The position numbers and the translations under genes are program-made. Source: Felis catus (lineage: Eukaryota). From it: a stretch of 64,000 nt of DNA. Below are positions 1 to 11,970 of the stretch, piece by piece (the stretch's first letter is position 1; each line of letters starts with the position of its first letter). The stretch spans positions 185,072,001 to 185,136,000 of the forward strand of contig NC_058368.1 of NCBI RefSeq assembly GCF_018350175.1, read 5' to 3'. The notes under the pieces are model-generated. The model ran no database searches and had not been told where the DNA came from. It worked only from the letters and a program-made list of their open reading frames with translations.

Positions 1-384
1 AGCCTATTCTAAAAGAGATTTTCTGAAATACGGGAGCCCAATGTCAGGACTTTGGACCTCATGCTGAGAGACTGTGGATAAGTGTGGAGAAGAAAATTGT
101 TTCCTTTTTCTTGTCCTCACATCCCATTTAGTTAAATGCTGGAAAAGAATGGTGTTAGGGAATTACACATTAGAGGCTAATCAAAATTTACAGAAAAAGA
201 AGAAAAAATATTCACAAAGATGGAGAGAGGGGAAGATTGCCATCCTAGTTGTCTGGGTCCACATCAGAGAAGTAGCTGGGGCAGAGATTTTTCACTTGAT
301 TCTGTCTTTCATGTACCTGGGAGTGTCTTGTTTTCTGTCTCCAATAAATTTGAAGATCAAAGGAACAATCTAGATTGGGAATTT

Positions 385-535
385 CATTTATTCATGTTTT
401 CATCATTTAATTATTATTAAATAATTAAACATTCATTAGGTACCTACTATGTGCCAGACACTGTTCTAGGATTTTGGACATATGCAAATGAACAAGATGG
501 ACCAAGTTCTTGACCTTTTGCAGCTTATAGTCTAG
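385..535 (-). mobile_element. L2 LINE 3' end relic
   Basis: Resembles the reverse complement of the L2 3' terminus (cattcattaggtacctactatgtgccagacactgttctagg...gcagcttatagtctag). Confidence 0.7.
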
Positions 536-545
536 AAAGTATTTA

Positions 546-760
546 GGGGCATCTGGGTGGGTAAGTCGGTTAAGCATCTGACTTGATTTCTGCTCAGGTC
601 ATGATCTCACGGTTCATTAGAGCACCGTGTGGAGCTCTGTGCTGACAGTGTGGAGTCTGCTTGGGATTCTCTCTCTCCCCGCCTCTGCTCCTCCATCCCT
701 TGTGTGCACACTCTGTCTCTCTCAAAATAAATAAATAAACTTAAAAAAATAATAAAAAAA
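546..760 (+). mobile_element. Can-SINE (older SINEC)
   Basis: ggggcatctgggtgg head, tRNA-like region, CT-rich body, aaataaataaa A-tail. Confidence 0.93.
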
Positions 761-787
761 GAAAGCAATGAAAAGAGATGAGCTTTC

Positions 788-960
788 ATAGTGGCTAAAA
801 ATGCAATCTCTGGGATCAGACTGCCTGGTTCCCCTACTGACTTATTGTGTGACCACTCTGCTTGACTCAGTTTTCTCATTTATGAAAAGTGCATGATAGA
901 GTTACATGAATCATATGAGAGAATGCATGCAAAATGTTTACTATAGGCCTGGTACATATC
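788..960 (+). mobile_element. MIR relic
   Basis: Core ctcagttttctcatttatgaaaa and 3' ggcctggtacata motif. Confidence 0.6.
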
Positions 961-2404
961 CCAAGGCTAAAGGCTTAGTATTCTCTCAGAGTCTTTGGTT
1001 TATGGCTCTTGGCAATTCATCTCTTAGATCATCTTCATTTGCTCACTACCTGGGAGGAGCTGCAGGTTAGGAGAGGTTCCTGCTTCCCCAGGATCTTCAT
1101 TCAGGAAGGATTTCCTGTAAGCTTTAAACTCGGCCAGTCACTGCAATCAAAATTTACAAATTATGTAATCTGGTTGGTGCCCAGCCCAAAGTTTTGCATT
1201 ATTCTTGTCAGAGTGGGAAAATGTTGGGGAAAGGAAAAAGAAGTGATATTCACTCCATATGATTTTTAAAAGCTATCCTGCATGAATATTCAAGACCCTC
1301 GCCAGCGCCATTCACAGCAGAGAAAGGCTGGCCTAACATTTGCTCTGTCAAGTGTAGTTTTTTTTCTCTCCAGACAATTTTATGTAAAATATCTACTTTA
1401 TAAAAAAGGAAATTAAAGTTGATTTGAGATGCTAGGAATGGATATATGAAGCCACTGTGTGCTTTGATAATTCTGTGTCTGAGTGATTACAAATACCTCA
1501 ACACTTCAGATTCTACAGAGTTCTTTGTCAGGAAATTGCAGAATCATTCATTCCTTGTATACACCATCTTAAGAACAAACCATGGAAGAGCTTTTGCTAA
1601 AGAGAACTATTTAATGACTACACAACTTAAGAATATTTACATATCAAATGTAAAGCTTGGGAAGGATCCTGGAAATAAAAATAAATCCTCTTAGAGGGGA
1701 TCAAGGCTAGAGTCAAGTTGGCTTTCAGATTGGCACATGCTGGCTTTTAGATTGGAATCTGGTTTCTTGAGCTGATCAGAGCATATTCTAGGCCCTAAGG
1801 ATTGCTCAAAAACTTTTATTTTAACACTCTTCCCAGACTCCGTTTATCTCAAAAGAGAAGAAACAGGCTGATCTGCATTCTGCAACAGACTGCCCCAGAG
1901 CCTCTGCAGTGTGAAGATTTGAAATTGACTTTCTCCCTCGAGGATGTTTCTTGGATGCAGGAGGAGAAGAAAAGTCAGCTAAGCCAAGGCATCTTTAAAG
2001 ATCTTCTCTTGGAAGCAAGATACAAACTGTGCTCTTTAGACAATACATTTTCAATGTTCTAGCCGTGACCTTCCCTACTTCAAGTGAATACCAATGAAAA
2101 TCAATTCTTCTCTCAGTAAGAAACAGAATTTATTGGGGTTAGGAGATGGGAGAGAAGGGAATATAAAGTCTTTTCAGGGGTTCTCGGATCTGCTAAGCAA
2201 ATTTTGCCCGGGGAAAAGAGCCAAATTCTTACATTTTAAAGAGAATGGCTAATGGGACCTCAACCTTGGAATTCAAGAAAATTTAGGATTTTGTTACAAA
2301 ATGGACATCCAGAGACCTCTGAATATAAAAGGACATCTTCTTCCACAGGAACCGCACGCTCCAGTCTGATCATGGTTATCATTATTTTGACAATCATGAT
2401 GTTG

Positions 2405-2605
2405 GGAAAAGCCTAGGTCTTAGATTGGACAGACCTGGGTTCAAATTCTGATTCTATCAGTGATAGCTCTGTGTCTCTCACCTCTATGAACTTCAGTTTT
2501 CTTTTCTGTAAAATGGAGATAATACCTTGCAGAGTTTGTCTGATGATTAAATGTGTTTAATATATGAGGCCATTAGTGAAATAATGGCACTCATTTGGTC
2601 ACCCA
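2405..2605 (+). mobile_element. MIR relic
   Basis: gacagacctgggttcaaattctg...cttcagttttcttttctgtaaaatggagataatacc. Confidence 0.8.
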
Positions 2606-2627
2606 CTATATGGTGTGTGCTTTTTCG

Positions 2628-2662
<35 letters not shown>

Positions 2663-3029
2663 ATACACACCCCAGTTTCCTCTCCTATCTTCCCATGCTT
2701 TCTCTATCTCTGATTTGCCCATTCTTTAAGGCTCAGCTCCCATCTCCTTCTTCCTGGCCCCTTTTTTCTACAAATATTTCTGCTTTTTCTATTACTCTTA
2801 GTTTAGTCCATGACCCTCAGGAGTTTATTATTTGATTAATGTAGTAAAACTATGATTTTAGTATTCCATGACACTCAAAACTTTGAAGGGCACAGTAAAT
2901 TTACAATAAATTTTTACTATTATTTATTTCAGATAGTAACCCCTTGAATTTCTTCTTTTTTCTAAGTTGATCTGGGGACATCATTAATAATATTTGTAGA
3001 GTAACTGTATGGTTTACATTTATTAGCTC

Positions 3030-3195
3030 AAAGGTTCATAAGCACTCCATGAAGCAGGTATTATTATCCTCATTTTGCTAATGAACAAACAGAGGGTCAG
3101 AGATTCTCAATAATTTGTCCAAATTATATGCTGGGGCAGACAGTTAGGATTTAAATTCACGTCATTCAGATTCTAAAGTTTAAACTCTTTCTGCA
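3030..3195 (-). mobile_element. MIR relic
   Basis: gcaggtattattatcctcattttgctaatgaacaaacagagggtcagaga (reverse MIR core). Confidence 0.75.
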
Positions 3196-4499
3196 ATGTT
3201 ATGTATTATTTCCATTAAGTTTCTGGTGACAATTTGTTTAGGGTTTTCAGTCATGGCTTTTGACCAGAGCACATTTTCTTTGTGAACCACCATCATTACT
3301 AAAAAGCCATTCCTAGGAACAGCTCCAGCTCTCCTTGGTGAACCTTCCAATGTATATCTGGGTTCCCTCTGAGGAGTGGAAGAAGGTGCTTATCATCTTC
3401 TACTCAGAGGTTTCAGGTGATGTTCAGTCTCTTGTCCATACCCTGCCCTTCTTGTCCTGAGCATCACTGCACAGCCAGCACCTTTCTTGGAGTGGCAAGA
3501 GAGCACTATAGATGGAGCTACATATGTGCCTATAGAGTCTGCAAAAGAACCAAAGAGAACACTCAAATATAATTAATTTGCTTTTCAAATAACCATTTCC
3601 CCCTGTGATGAAACTTTGATAGTTTGGGAAATGATATGAACACATCTGTCTGGAGAATCCAAGTGGCATTTTTTTCCCTCTTAAAATCATGAACAATGCC
3701 ATTGCCAATAAATTCAGTTTTCTCCTACAAATGAGAAGTATTTTCTTTACTACAGTGCTTTCCAATTATGTTAAGTAGCCTCATGTTCAATAACAACAGA
3801 AGCTTCCAAATTGAATGCTGTGGCCAGTAGCCGAAGTTCAATAATTTTGGTAATATATCTTTTCCCTGGTTAAATGGATATGTAAACATCATATTAGAGG
3901 TTTTGGAAGATAGATATTACACATTTTCCCCTAGATCCTATGATTTCTGCTTTGGACAACGATCAGTGATTTTCCATTATATTTCTAACAACCCTATTAT
4001 TTATATTAAAAGAAGCTTTGGTATTACAATTGTTTCTGTTTCCTTTTGGAGGATAATAAGTTCAATAGGTTGGAAAAATTATTTAGGTGTTTAATGTTCT
4101 CTTTGCTGTAGATTGCCATAAATTGCTATAAAATTTTGGGGAAAATGACTCATAATCTTTAGCCTTTTTTGGTGCATTTCTCAGAGGGTTGAAGAAATGT
4201 TTTCTAGAATGAAACAAGGGAGAGAAACAGAAGAGAAACATGTGAGCAAGGCTTGTAGAGTCAAGTTTTATCTTTGAATGCAATGGATAGCATATAATCA
4301 AACCAGATTCCCAATGTTTGGTGCAAATTAAGTAGGGAGAATATTTATTTATTTAATGCATTTCTCAATTTAGTTCCTAATTTTGATTTTTTAGTTGGCT
4401 TGATTGTATCCTCAAGTAGGACTTTTTGTTTGTTTGTTTGTTTTTGGAGAGTTTGTGCACCTGACCATATCTTTATATGTTTAATTCAAGTGATCTGGA

Positions 4500-4615
4500 G
4501 GATGCCTGGCTAGCTCAGTTGGTACAGCATGTGACTCCTGATCTTGGGGTTGTAGTTCGACCCCCACATTGGGTGTAGAGATTACTTAAAGAATAAAAAG
4601 TTAAAAAAATAAGAT
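4500..4615 (+). mobile_element. Short tRNA-like Can-SINE lacking the CT body
   Basis: tggctagctcagttggt A-box and gttcgacccc B-box; exact 12-bp TSD aagtgatctgga at 4488-4499 and 4616-4627. Confidence 0.88.
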
Positions 4616-4789
4616 AAGTGATCTGGATATCAAAATAATTGAGTCACTAAATTTTTCCTTCAAAATACAATTTAATGTTAAATTTTAGGCCAGCCTAGTT
4701 TTTGCTCATTGTAGATAATCTGTTTTTTCCTCTTACCTGACTGCTTTTAGCTTGTTCTGTTATTTATTTATTTATTAGGCGTAAATAAA

Positions 4790-5166
4790 TTTTTAATTTT
4801 TATTTTTTATTTTTTTTATATGAAATTTATTGTCAAATTGGTTTCCATACAACACCCAGTGCTCATCCCAACAGGTGCCCTCCTCAATACCCATCACCCA
4901 CCCTCCCTTCCCTCCCACCCCTCTCCCCCCCCCCACCCCGCCGCCATCAACCCTCAGTTTATTCTCAGTTTTTAAGAGTCTCTTATGTTTTGACTCCCTC
5001 CCTCTCTAACCTTTTTTTTTCCTTCCCCTCCCCCATGGTCTTCTATTAAGTTTCTCTGGCCTTTTGTAGCAACATGGATAAAACTGGAGAGTGTTATGCT
5101 AAGTGAAATAAGTCATACAGAGAAAGACAGATACCATATGTTTTCACTCCTATGTGGATCCTGAGA
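4790..5166 (-). mobile_element. Felid L1 3' end with 5' inversion
   Basis: poly(T) plus antisense L1 3'UTR (to 5056), joined to a sense ORF2 C-terminus at 5057-5164 (WPFVATWIKLESVMLSEISHTEKDRYHMFSLLCGS*). Confidence 0.92.
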
Positions 5167-5199
5167 TATTTTTTAAAGATATAATTCTTTTTTAAAATT

Positions 5200-5291
5200 A
5201 ATTAATTTTAAATTTTATTTATTTATTTATTTTGAGAGAAAGAGAGAGAGAGAGAGAGAGCGCATGCATGTACGTGTGCATGTAATGGAGG

Positions 5292-5329
<38 letters not shown>

Positions 5330-5434
5330 CCCAAGCAGGCTCCACGCTGTCAGTGGAGCTCAAACTTATGAACCGTGAGATCATGACCTGAGCTGATCGT
5401 GGACGCTTAACTGACTGAGCCACCCAGGTTCCCC
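5200..5434 (-). mobile_element. Can-SINE
   Basis: tttatttattttgagaga...(GA)n...gagccacccaggttcccc. Confidence 0.93.
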
Positions 5435-5941
5435 TAGGTGGTTTTCTTTATCTTTGTAAGCCAAAATATTTGTCATGGTGTGCCTGGACCTGAGTCTCTC
5501 CCTGTTGATTCCTCCTGAAACATGGTGAATATGTTTGTACTGCATTCTCAGGCCAAATTTTTTATTTTCAACAAAGGAAAATTTTCTTTGATTCTGTCTT
5601 TAATTACCAGTGCCTTAACACCAAAAATCTTCCCCTGTGGTCTTTTGTAGTTACTGCGTTTGATGAAAAAATATAGTATACTTGTTCTTAGTGATACAGG
5701 GAAATTTTAATATCCATATCATGAGACAATGTGATGCTTGAAAAGAATAGTTTTAAGTTGTACTTGTTATGGAAACACCTTTTACAAGCAGGGAGGAGGA
5801 GGTTGTATATTTTTTGTCTGTATTTTTCAGAGTCCTGTTGTTTTTGGCATACATGGCAAACAACATCTAAGAGAGTTTGTCTCTTAATTTTGGAATCCCA
5901 GATAGGTCTCTTTCTTCAGAACACCCAAATGGTATAACTTT

Positions 5942-6129
5942 AAATTTTTATTTATTTTGGGAGAGGCAAGTGGGGGAGAGGCAGAGAGACGGGGTCAGAA
6001 CATCGAAGTGGGCTCTGCGCTGACAGGCTGACAGCAGTGAGCCCAGTGTGGGGCTTGAACTCATGAACTGCGAGATCATGACCTGAGCTGAAGTTGGTTT
6101 CTCAACCGACTGAGCCACCCAGGTGCCCC
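5942..6129 (-). mobile_element. Can-SINE
   Basis: Reverse SINE; TSD ccaaatggtataacttt (5925-5941) / ccaaatgatattacttt (6130-6146). Confidence 0.93.
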
Positions 6130-6489
6130 CCAAATGATATTACTTTGATGCTAGAAGGTATAACTTCAGTGCTATGTTCTTAGTGGCAAGAAGACTATGT
6201 ATGGGTGCATGGGTGGAGAGGTTGGTTAGCAATTACTAAAACCAATAAAAAGAGTAAAAGGAAATGTAGAATTAAGCTATTCTGGTTTTATGATGTCCAA
6301 ATGTGTGGCTGTAAATAAACTGGAAAGAGTCATTACTTAACTGAATAATCTTTTCTCTTTTATAACAAGCTTATAGCACTGTAACAGTGTACATTAATAA
6401 GAATTTTTGTCCCATTCGCTCTGTTGTGTTGATTGGGGATCTGTGTAATTCCTAGCTTCACTTACCATTCTCTCTTCTCTGTAACTTTT

Positions 6490-6709
6490 TTTTTTTAATT
6501 TTTTTTCAACATTTATTTATTTTTGGGACAGAGAGAGACAGAGCGTGAACGGGCGAGGGGCAGAGAGAGAGGGAGACACAGAATCGGAAACAGGCTCCAG
6601 GCTCTGAGCCATCAGCCCAGAGCCTGATGCGGGGCTCGAACTCACGGACCGCGAGATCGTGACCTGGCTGAAGTCGGACGCTTAACCGACTGCGCCACCC
6701 AGGCGCCCC
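6490..6709 (-). mobile_element. Young felid SINE (SINEC_Fc-like)
   Basis: CpG-rich intact body; exact 16-bp TSD cttctctgtaactttt at 6474-6489 and 6711-6726. Confidence 0.97.
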
Positions 6710-6762
6710 ACTTCTCTGTAACTTTTATATGCTTTTCAAACTCATCGTTTTGTCCTTTTCTT

Positions 6763-7003
6763 TTTTATTTATTTATTTTAAAAAAGTTTTTTAAAATGTT
6801 TATTTATTTTTAAGACAGAGCGAGACAGAGTGCAAGTGGGGGAGGGACAGAGAGAGAGGGAGACACAGAATCTGAAACAGGCTCCAGGCTCTGAGCTGTC
6901 AGCACAGAGCCTGATGCAGGGCTCGAACCCACGAACCGTGAGATCATGACCTGAGCTGAGCTGAAGTCGGATGCTTAACCGATTGAGCCACCCAGGCACC
7001 CCC
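6763..7003 (-). mobile_element. Felid Can-SINE
   Basis: Exact 15-bp TSD ttttgtccttttctt at 6748-6762 and 7005-7019. Confidence 0.95.
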
Positions 7004-8233
7004 ATTTTGTCCTTTTCTTAATCAGGAGGTGTTAATAGCAGTGTAAGGCCATATGCAATTAAGTGTAAAACTGAGAAGAGCGGAAAAGGAGAGGTGAGTG
7101 TAAACTCAAAACATTAGGTTAGAAGGGGTAACATGTGATCCAGCTCTTTAAGAATGTATAGGAGTGCACAGACCAGAAGGGCCTTGGAGTGATATTTAGA
7201 CAGAAATTTAGCTATCTGACAGAAAGTGTTGGTTAAGGAGTGATATCACTCATTTGGATAATTTTCAGGTAATGTATTTTGTGCATGACACTTTGTATGC
7301 TAAGTCTAGTGGGTTTTATTTATGACTACCGTGAAGACTTCAGAGATTTTTGAATGGGGACGATGGTGTCACAGAAATGGCTGGCAACAGGTTAATACTT
7401 CTGAAGTGTGAATCAGAAAAAGGAGAGAGGGAATAAGACCAGTACTAGAGAGCTGATGGTATCGGTAATGGCACCAGCATGAGGTCTCAGACTTAACTGG
7501 TGTTCACAGGCACCCTGAGGACTGTGAGTCAGGAAATTGAGGTAGAAATGGGGAAACCTGGAATGTTAGTGATTAGGATTAAGTCCTGGACACCTGGATG
7601 CTAGACAAAGTTGAAAGAAGGGACCAAAACTCGATGGTCAGTGTTATCAATAGTACACCTTATCAGTAGTATACGATAGTAATGGACTGACTCCAAAGCA
7701 TCTAATAGGATCAAGAGCAATGTACCAGGAGTCATCTTTAGGAACCCCTTCAATCTGTCCCTTATTTTGGGCCAAGGATGCTGCTTCACTGGAAGTCTAA
7801 CTTGGATCCCTTTTGATCCCAAATGAAATACAAACGATGGGACCCTAAGAGACAGAGACCTGTCAGAGGGTTTGGTTTTCCATCTACTCCCTGTCTGAAC
7901 GTGGGATTCTTCAACTTTATGAAAAATCTTTGCCCTGAAATGATGTGGTTTGAATAGAATGGACATGGACAAGTAAATGGAAATGCATTTCTAGCAATGC
8001 TACTAATGTTCTGCAGTTTTGACAGAGGCACCATTTTAGAGACAGGGACGGTGGAGGTGGGAGAGAGAGAGAAAGAGAGAGAGAGGAGAGAGAGAGGTGG
8101 GGGAAAGAATTTCTGCCTCCTTTATTATTTCCGTCATGGCAGAAATTATAGACTATTGGTGACAACCACTTATAATATTCTTTTCCTTATTTGATTACTG
8201 TTGTTTTATAAAACCCTGAAAAGCAAAAACACA

Positions 8234-8235
8234 TT

Positions 8236-8298
<63 letters not shown>

Positions 8299-8376
8299 CT
8301 TTCTTTCTTTCTTTCTTTCTTTTCGTTCTCTTTCTTTCTTTCTTTCTTTTCTTTCTTTCTTTTCTTCCTTCATTCC

Positions 8377-8420
<44 letters not shown>

Positions 8421-8421
8421 T

Positions 8422-8469
<48 letters not shown>

Positions 8470-8484
8470 TTCTTCCTTCATTCC

Positions 8485-8520
<36 letters not shown>

Positions 8521-8521
8521 T
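8234..8521. repeat. (TTTC)n tetranucleotide array, expanded SINE tail
   Basis: About 290 bp of TTTC units directly abutting a reverse SINE. Confidence 0.97.
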
Positions 8522-8636
8522 CGCTCCACACCCATTATGGAGCCCAATGTGGGGCTTGAATTCATGACCCTGAGATCAAGACCTCAGCTGAGATCAAGAG
8601 TCAGACACTTAACTGAATGAGTTACCCAGGTGTCCC
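8522..8636 (-). mobile_element. Short Can-SINE (head of the TTTC-tailed element)
   Basis: gagcccaatgtggggcttgaattcatgaccctgagatc...ttacccaggtgtccc. Confidence 0.85.
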
Positions 8637-8654
8637 TAAAGTCACACAGTTTCT

Positions 8655-8679
8655 TTTTTTTAATGTTTTATTTATTTTT

Positions 8680-8733
<54 letters not shown>

Positions 8734-8888
8734 GTGGGGAAGGGGCAGAGAGTGAGAGGGAAAGAGGATCTGAAGCAGGCTCTACACTGACAATAGTGAG
8801 CCTGATGCAGGGCTCAATCTCACAAACCATGAGATCATGACCTGACTCAAAGTTGGACACTTAACCAACTGAGTCTTCCAGGCGCCCC
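8655..8888 (-). mobile_element. Can-SINE with long (GA)n
   Basis: Reverse SINE ending ccaggcgcccc; degenerate TSD aagtcacacagtttct / aagacacatgatttct. Confidence 0.92.
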
Positions 8889-10099
8889 AAGACACATGAT
8901 TTCTAAAGAGTCCTTTAACAGATTAAGGACATTATAATTCTCTTTTCTCAAAGCATGTATATAGCTTACCTTTTAGAAGGCACAGAGTCGTTGGCTTAAG
9001 GACATTGAATAAGGACTTGCAGTTAAATATGAAGGATTGAATATATGCATTTCTTTGCACACTCCTAACACCCCAAAATTAATTAAAAATATATGCTCAT
9101 TTAAAAAAATTAAACAGAAGAGAAGGTGCAAGACAGGAAAGAAGTCAACAAAATTTTGGAAACTGAATGAGGATGGAATAGTATAAACTGAGCTAGCTAA
9201 TCTGTGAAAGCTGGAATTACAGCCTGAAGTGGATGAAGCCAGTGAGAGAAAAGGAAAATATGTTCTCATATCTAGAAAGCCTGAAGAACTGGAGATACCA
9301 GACAGATTTAAAAAGGGAGCATGGCAAAAGATTGAAAATGGGGATTTGTTAAATTTGTGTGTAATGAGCCTTAAAGATGCCAAAATCACCTCTCTCACTC
9401 TTGCTAGCCTAGAAATTACTCCTTGTCCATTCTGGTAGAAAATAGGAGGTTCACAGTGGAGAGGTTTGCATAGCTGGGGATCACAGTGAGATGTTGTTGA
9501 ATGTCTGCCACTTGAATGGTGAGATCCTCTGTCTCTAGTTTCCTGAAATACTTTCAGAATACTGACAACCAGGCATATACCCTCAGACAGGAGGGACCCA
9601 CAAATGTTGAAAGTTGAGTGCTCCTCAACCAAATGGCTCAGTCCTTAACCCACCATCTGATTGTGACAATAAAGCCAAGTGGTTTTATTATTTTGCTAAA
9701 ATTAAGAAGACATGAAGTAAAAAAGAATAACTCACAGCCTGTTAAAGCATCTGCCTTTAACAAGAAGAAACAATATTGCTTGTCATGGGGCAGGGGTAAG
9801 GGCTCTAAGACCCATATATGGAATTTCCCATAACAGATGGAAATTCCTGTGTCACAAATATGTACCTAAAGTAAGCCATTACAGAGACTGACTATGGTTC
9901 CTCTGAGTGTGGTCTGATTAGAGTTAGATGGAGGCAAATGGAGTTATCTGCAGAGATGCCTTACTTGAGATTTTTTTCAAAGCAAGTGTTCTAAGAGATA
10001 AAATCTGTGCTTGTTAGAATCTTTCTCACTGGTTCTTTGTTACTTTGTCCATTCTTTCCCCAAGTTGCAATGGTGCTTATAAAAGCATGTCTGGCATGC

Positions 10100-10245
10100 A
10101 TTTGTTTATTTATTCATTCATTCAGTATTTTCTATGTTCTTATATTGTATTGGGCACTATTCTAGGCTGTGAGAATACAAAACAAAGTCCCTCATCACAT
10201 GTGGCTTATATTCAGGAGGGAGAGATTGACATAAACAAGTAAACA
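10100..10245 (-). mobile_element. L2 3' end relic
   Basis: tattcattcattcagtattt...gggcactattctaggctgtgagaatacaaa...gcttatattc. Confidence 0.7.
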
Positions 10246-11546
10246 CTAGATTCTTTCTACTTTTCCTTTTTGTAAGAGTTGATTTCCCCCTTCTTCCAGG
10301 GCCAAAAGTCCATTTTAACATTTTTTTTTCTTAGATCGGGAAATTGGACTGGAAACCAAATTGGGAAATATGAACTGGAACTTTTATACAGGAGAATTAG
10401 CCTTGATATAATAGTGGAAATCTAAGTGTTAGAGGAAACTCAGCATCTGGAAGATCAAGATAAGCAAATGGGCCAATGAAGTATAGTATGGCTTTGTTAA
10501 GCTATGAGCAAGCCACTCTGGGAAAAAAAAAAAAACACATAAATATAACAAATAGAGGTACAACTATTCTCCAAAGTCTTTTTTTTTTTTTTTTCAGTTT
10601 CTGGGAGATTTCCTCATCTTTATCATTTATCTATTTCACTGAGTTACACATACACACATCCCACTATATGCACATATGTATCTATATACATATGAGTATA
10701 TATGTATATATTTCTTTTTTCCAAAGGTTCTTTTTTTGTTCTATTCTTTCTTTTCTTTCCCCCTCTCTTCTTTCCCTTCTTCTGTTCTTCCTTCTTTTAA
10801 TAATACCCTGTTCTTATTTCATGTATATTTTAGCTTGTTTAATCTTTTGAGTAAATCAGGGATAGTGTATTTGAAATTTTATTTTCCTTGAAAAAACTTT
10901 TTTCTCCAAGTTGCTTTTATTTCTTTCAAACCCCACCTTTCATGTTGTCTTTTTCTTTTTCTTTTCTTTTCTTTTTTTTTGGGGGGGGGTAGGGAAACCT
11001 TTTTTCCTGATGTTGCTGATCTTCTAAGAGTGGGACAATCAACAGCTGGCAGGAAACTCCTGAGAGCTCAGATGGGGCTTATGGACTGTGGGTTCCATTG
11101 TAGTTTGATCTTAGTGGGCCCTTTCATTGAGGGAATTCCTGATGGAGAATTCCTTTTTTTCCATATATTATCTCCACTATGCCTGTTGCTCTGCTATCTA
11201 CAGAGTAAAAGTCTCTTATATTCTCTGGAGAATAAGCCCCCTTTGTCCTGTTAGGGCAGAGATAATGTACAGACTGGCCTTATGGAATAGGGAAGGGATA
11301 GGGATGTAACTGATTCTCAAAATTTTTTAACTACTTTTTGAATAGTCCTTCATACAATCCTCTTGCTTTTAATTTCACTTCCCCATCCATTCCCAGAGGA
11401 CCCAATGTTGCCAATTAGTAGATTCTGCAAAGCATATTGGGTTTCTTCTTGGCTTCTTACACTGCTGGTTTAGGACTGAGCTTTCTTTAGATTCCTTTTC
11501 TTTAGACTCTTTACCACTCACTCAGCTTTCAAAATTGTGCTGCAGT

Positions 11547-11580
<34 letters not shown>

Positions 11581-11970
11581 GCCCTTGTGGTTTTGTGCCC
11601 TTTAAGAAGGTGTTTTCTGATGTCTTAGAGTAGTTTGGGAGAGAGTAAAATAAATGGAAATTTACCTGAAGGTCTCTCTTGTTCTCTTAAGTATTAAAAA
11701 AAATTACAATAATTAAAAAATACATGAATTTGAGATTTAAACAATTCATCACTGTATCAAAGGAAATGTGATTCTCTCCTCAATTACCTTGGATTCCGTA
11801 TTCACATCTCCCAAGATGAATAATATTACTATTATGGTTGGTTTTTTAGTCCTTCTATGCATTTATGTACATTTATTTATGTGTAGTATTCCAGTAATAT
11901 TATGTGTAGTATTCCAGAATGGTGTGCCATGTTTTATTTAACCTCTTCTCTATTTAGAGACATTTAGTTT

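Noticed and set aside
1802..2062. 86-aa ORF preceded by an acceptor-like tttaacactcttcccAG
   Set aside because: Peptide not recognised and no convincing donor; cannot be supported as an exon.
4500..4575. tRNA-like sequence with A and B boxes
   Set aside because: Has a SINE leader, A-rich tail and TSD, and lacks a clean cloverleaf; a tRNA-derived SINE rather than a tRNA gene.
5223..7005. Recurrent MAQSVKRP/WVAQSV-type ORFs (also 13023, 16664, 23830, 31324, 47395)
   Set aside because: All are Can-SINE translations, not a gene family.
8201..8620. 139-aa FFLS-repeat and 119-aa KKER-repeat ORFs
   Set aside because: Translations of the (TTTC)n microsatellite plus SINE; not genes.
8973..9632. 219-aa minus-strand ORF (longest in the track)
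   Set aside because: Non-ATG start, no recognisable domain, S/F/L-rich composition expected from the antisense of purine-rich DNA that may be an old L1 5' relic.
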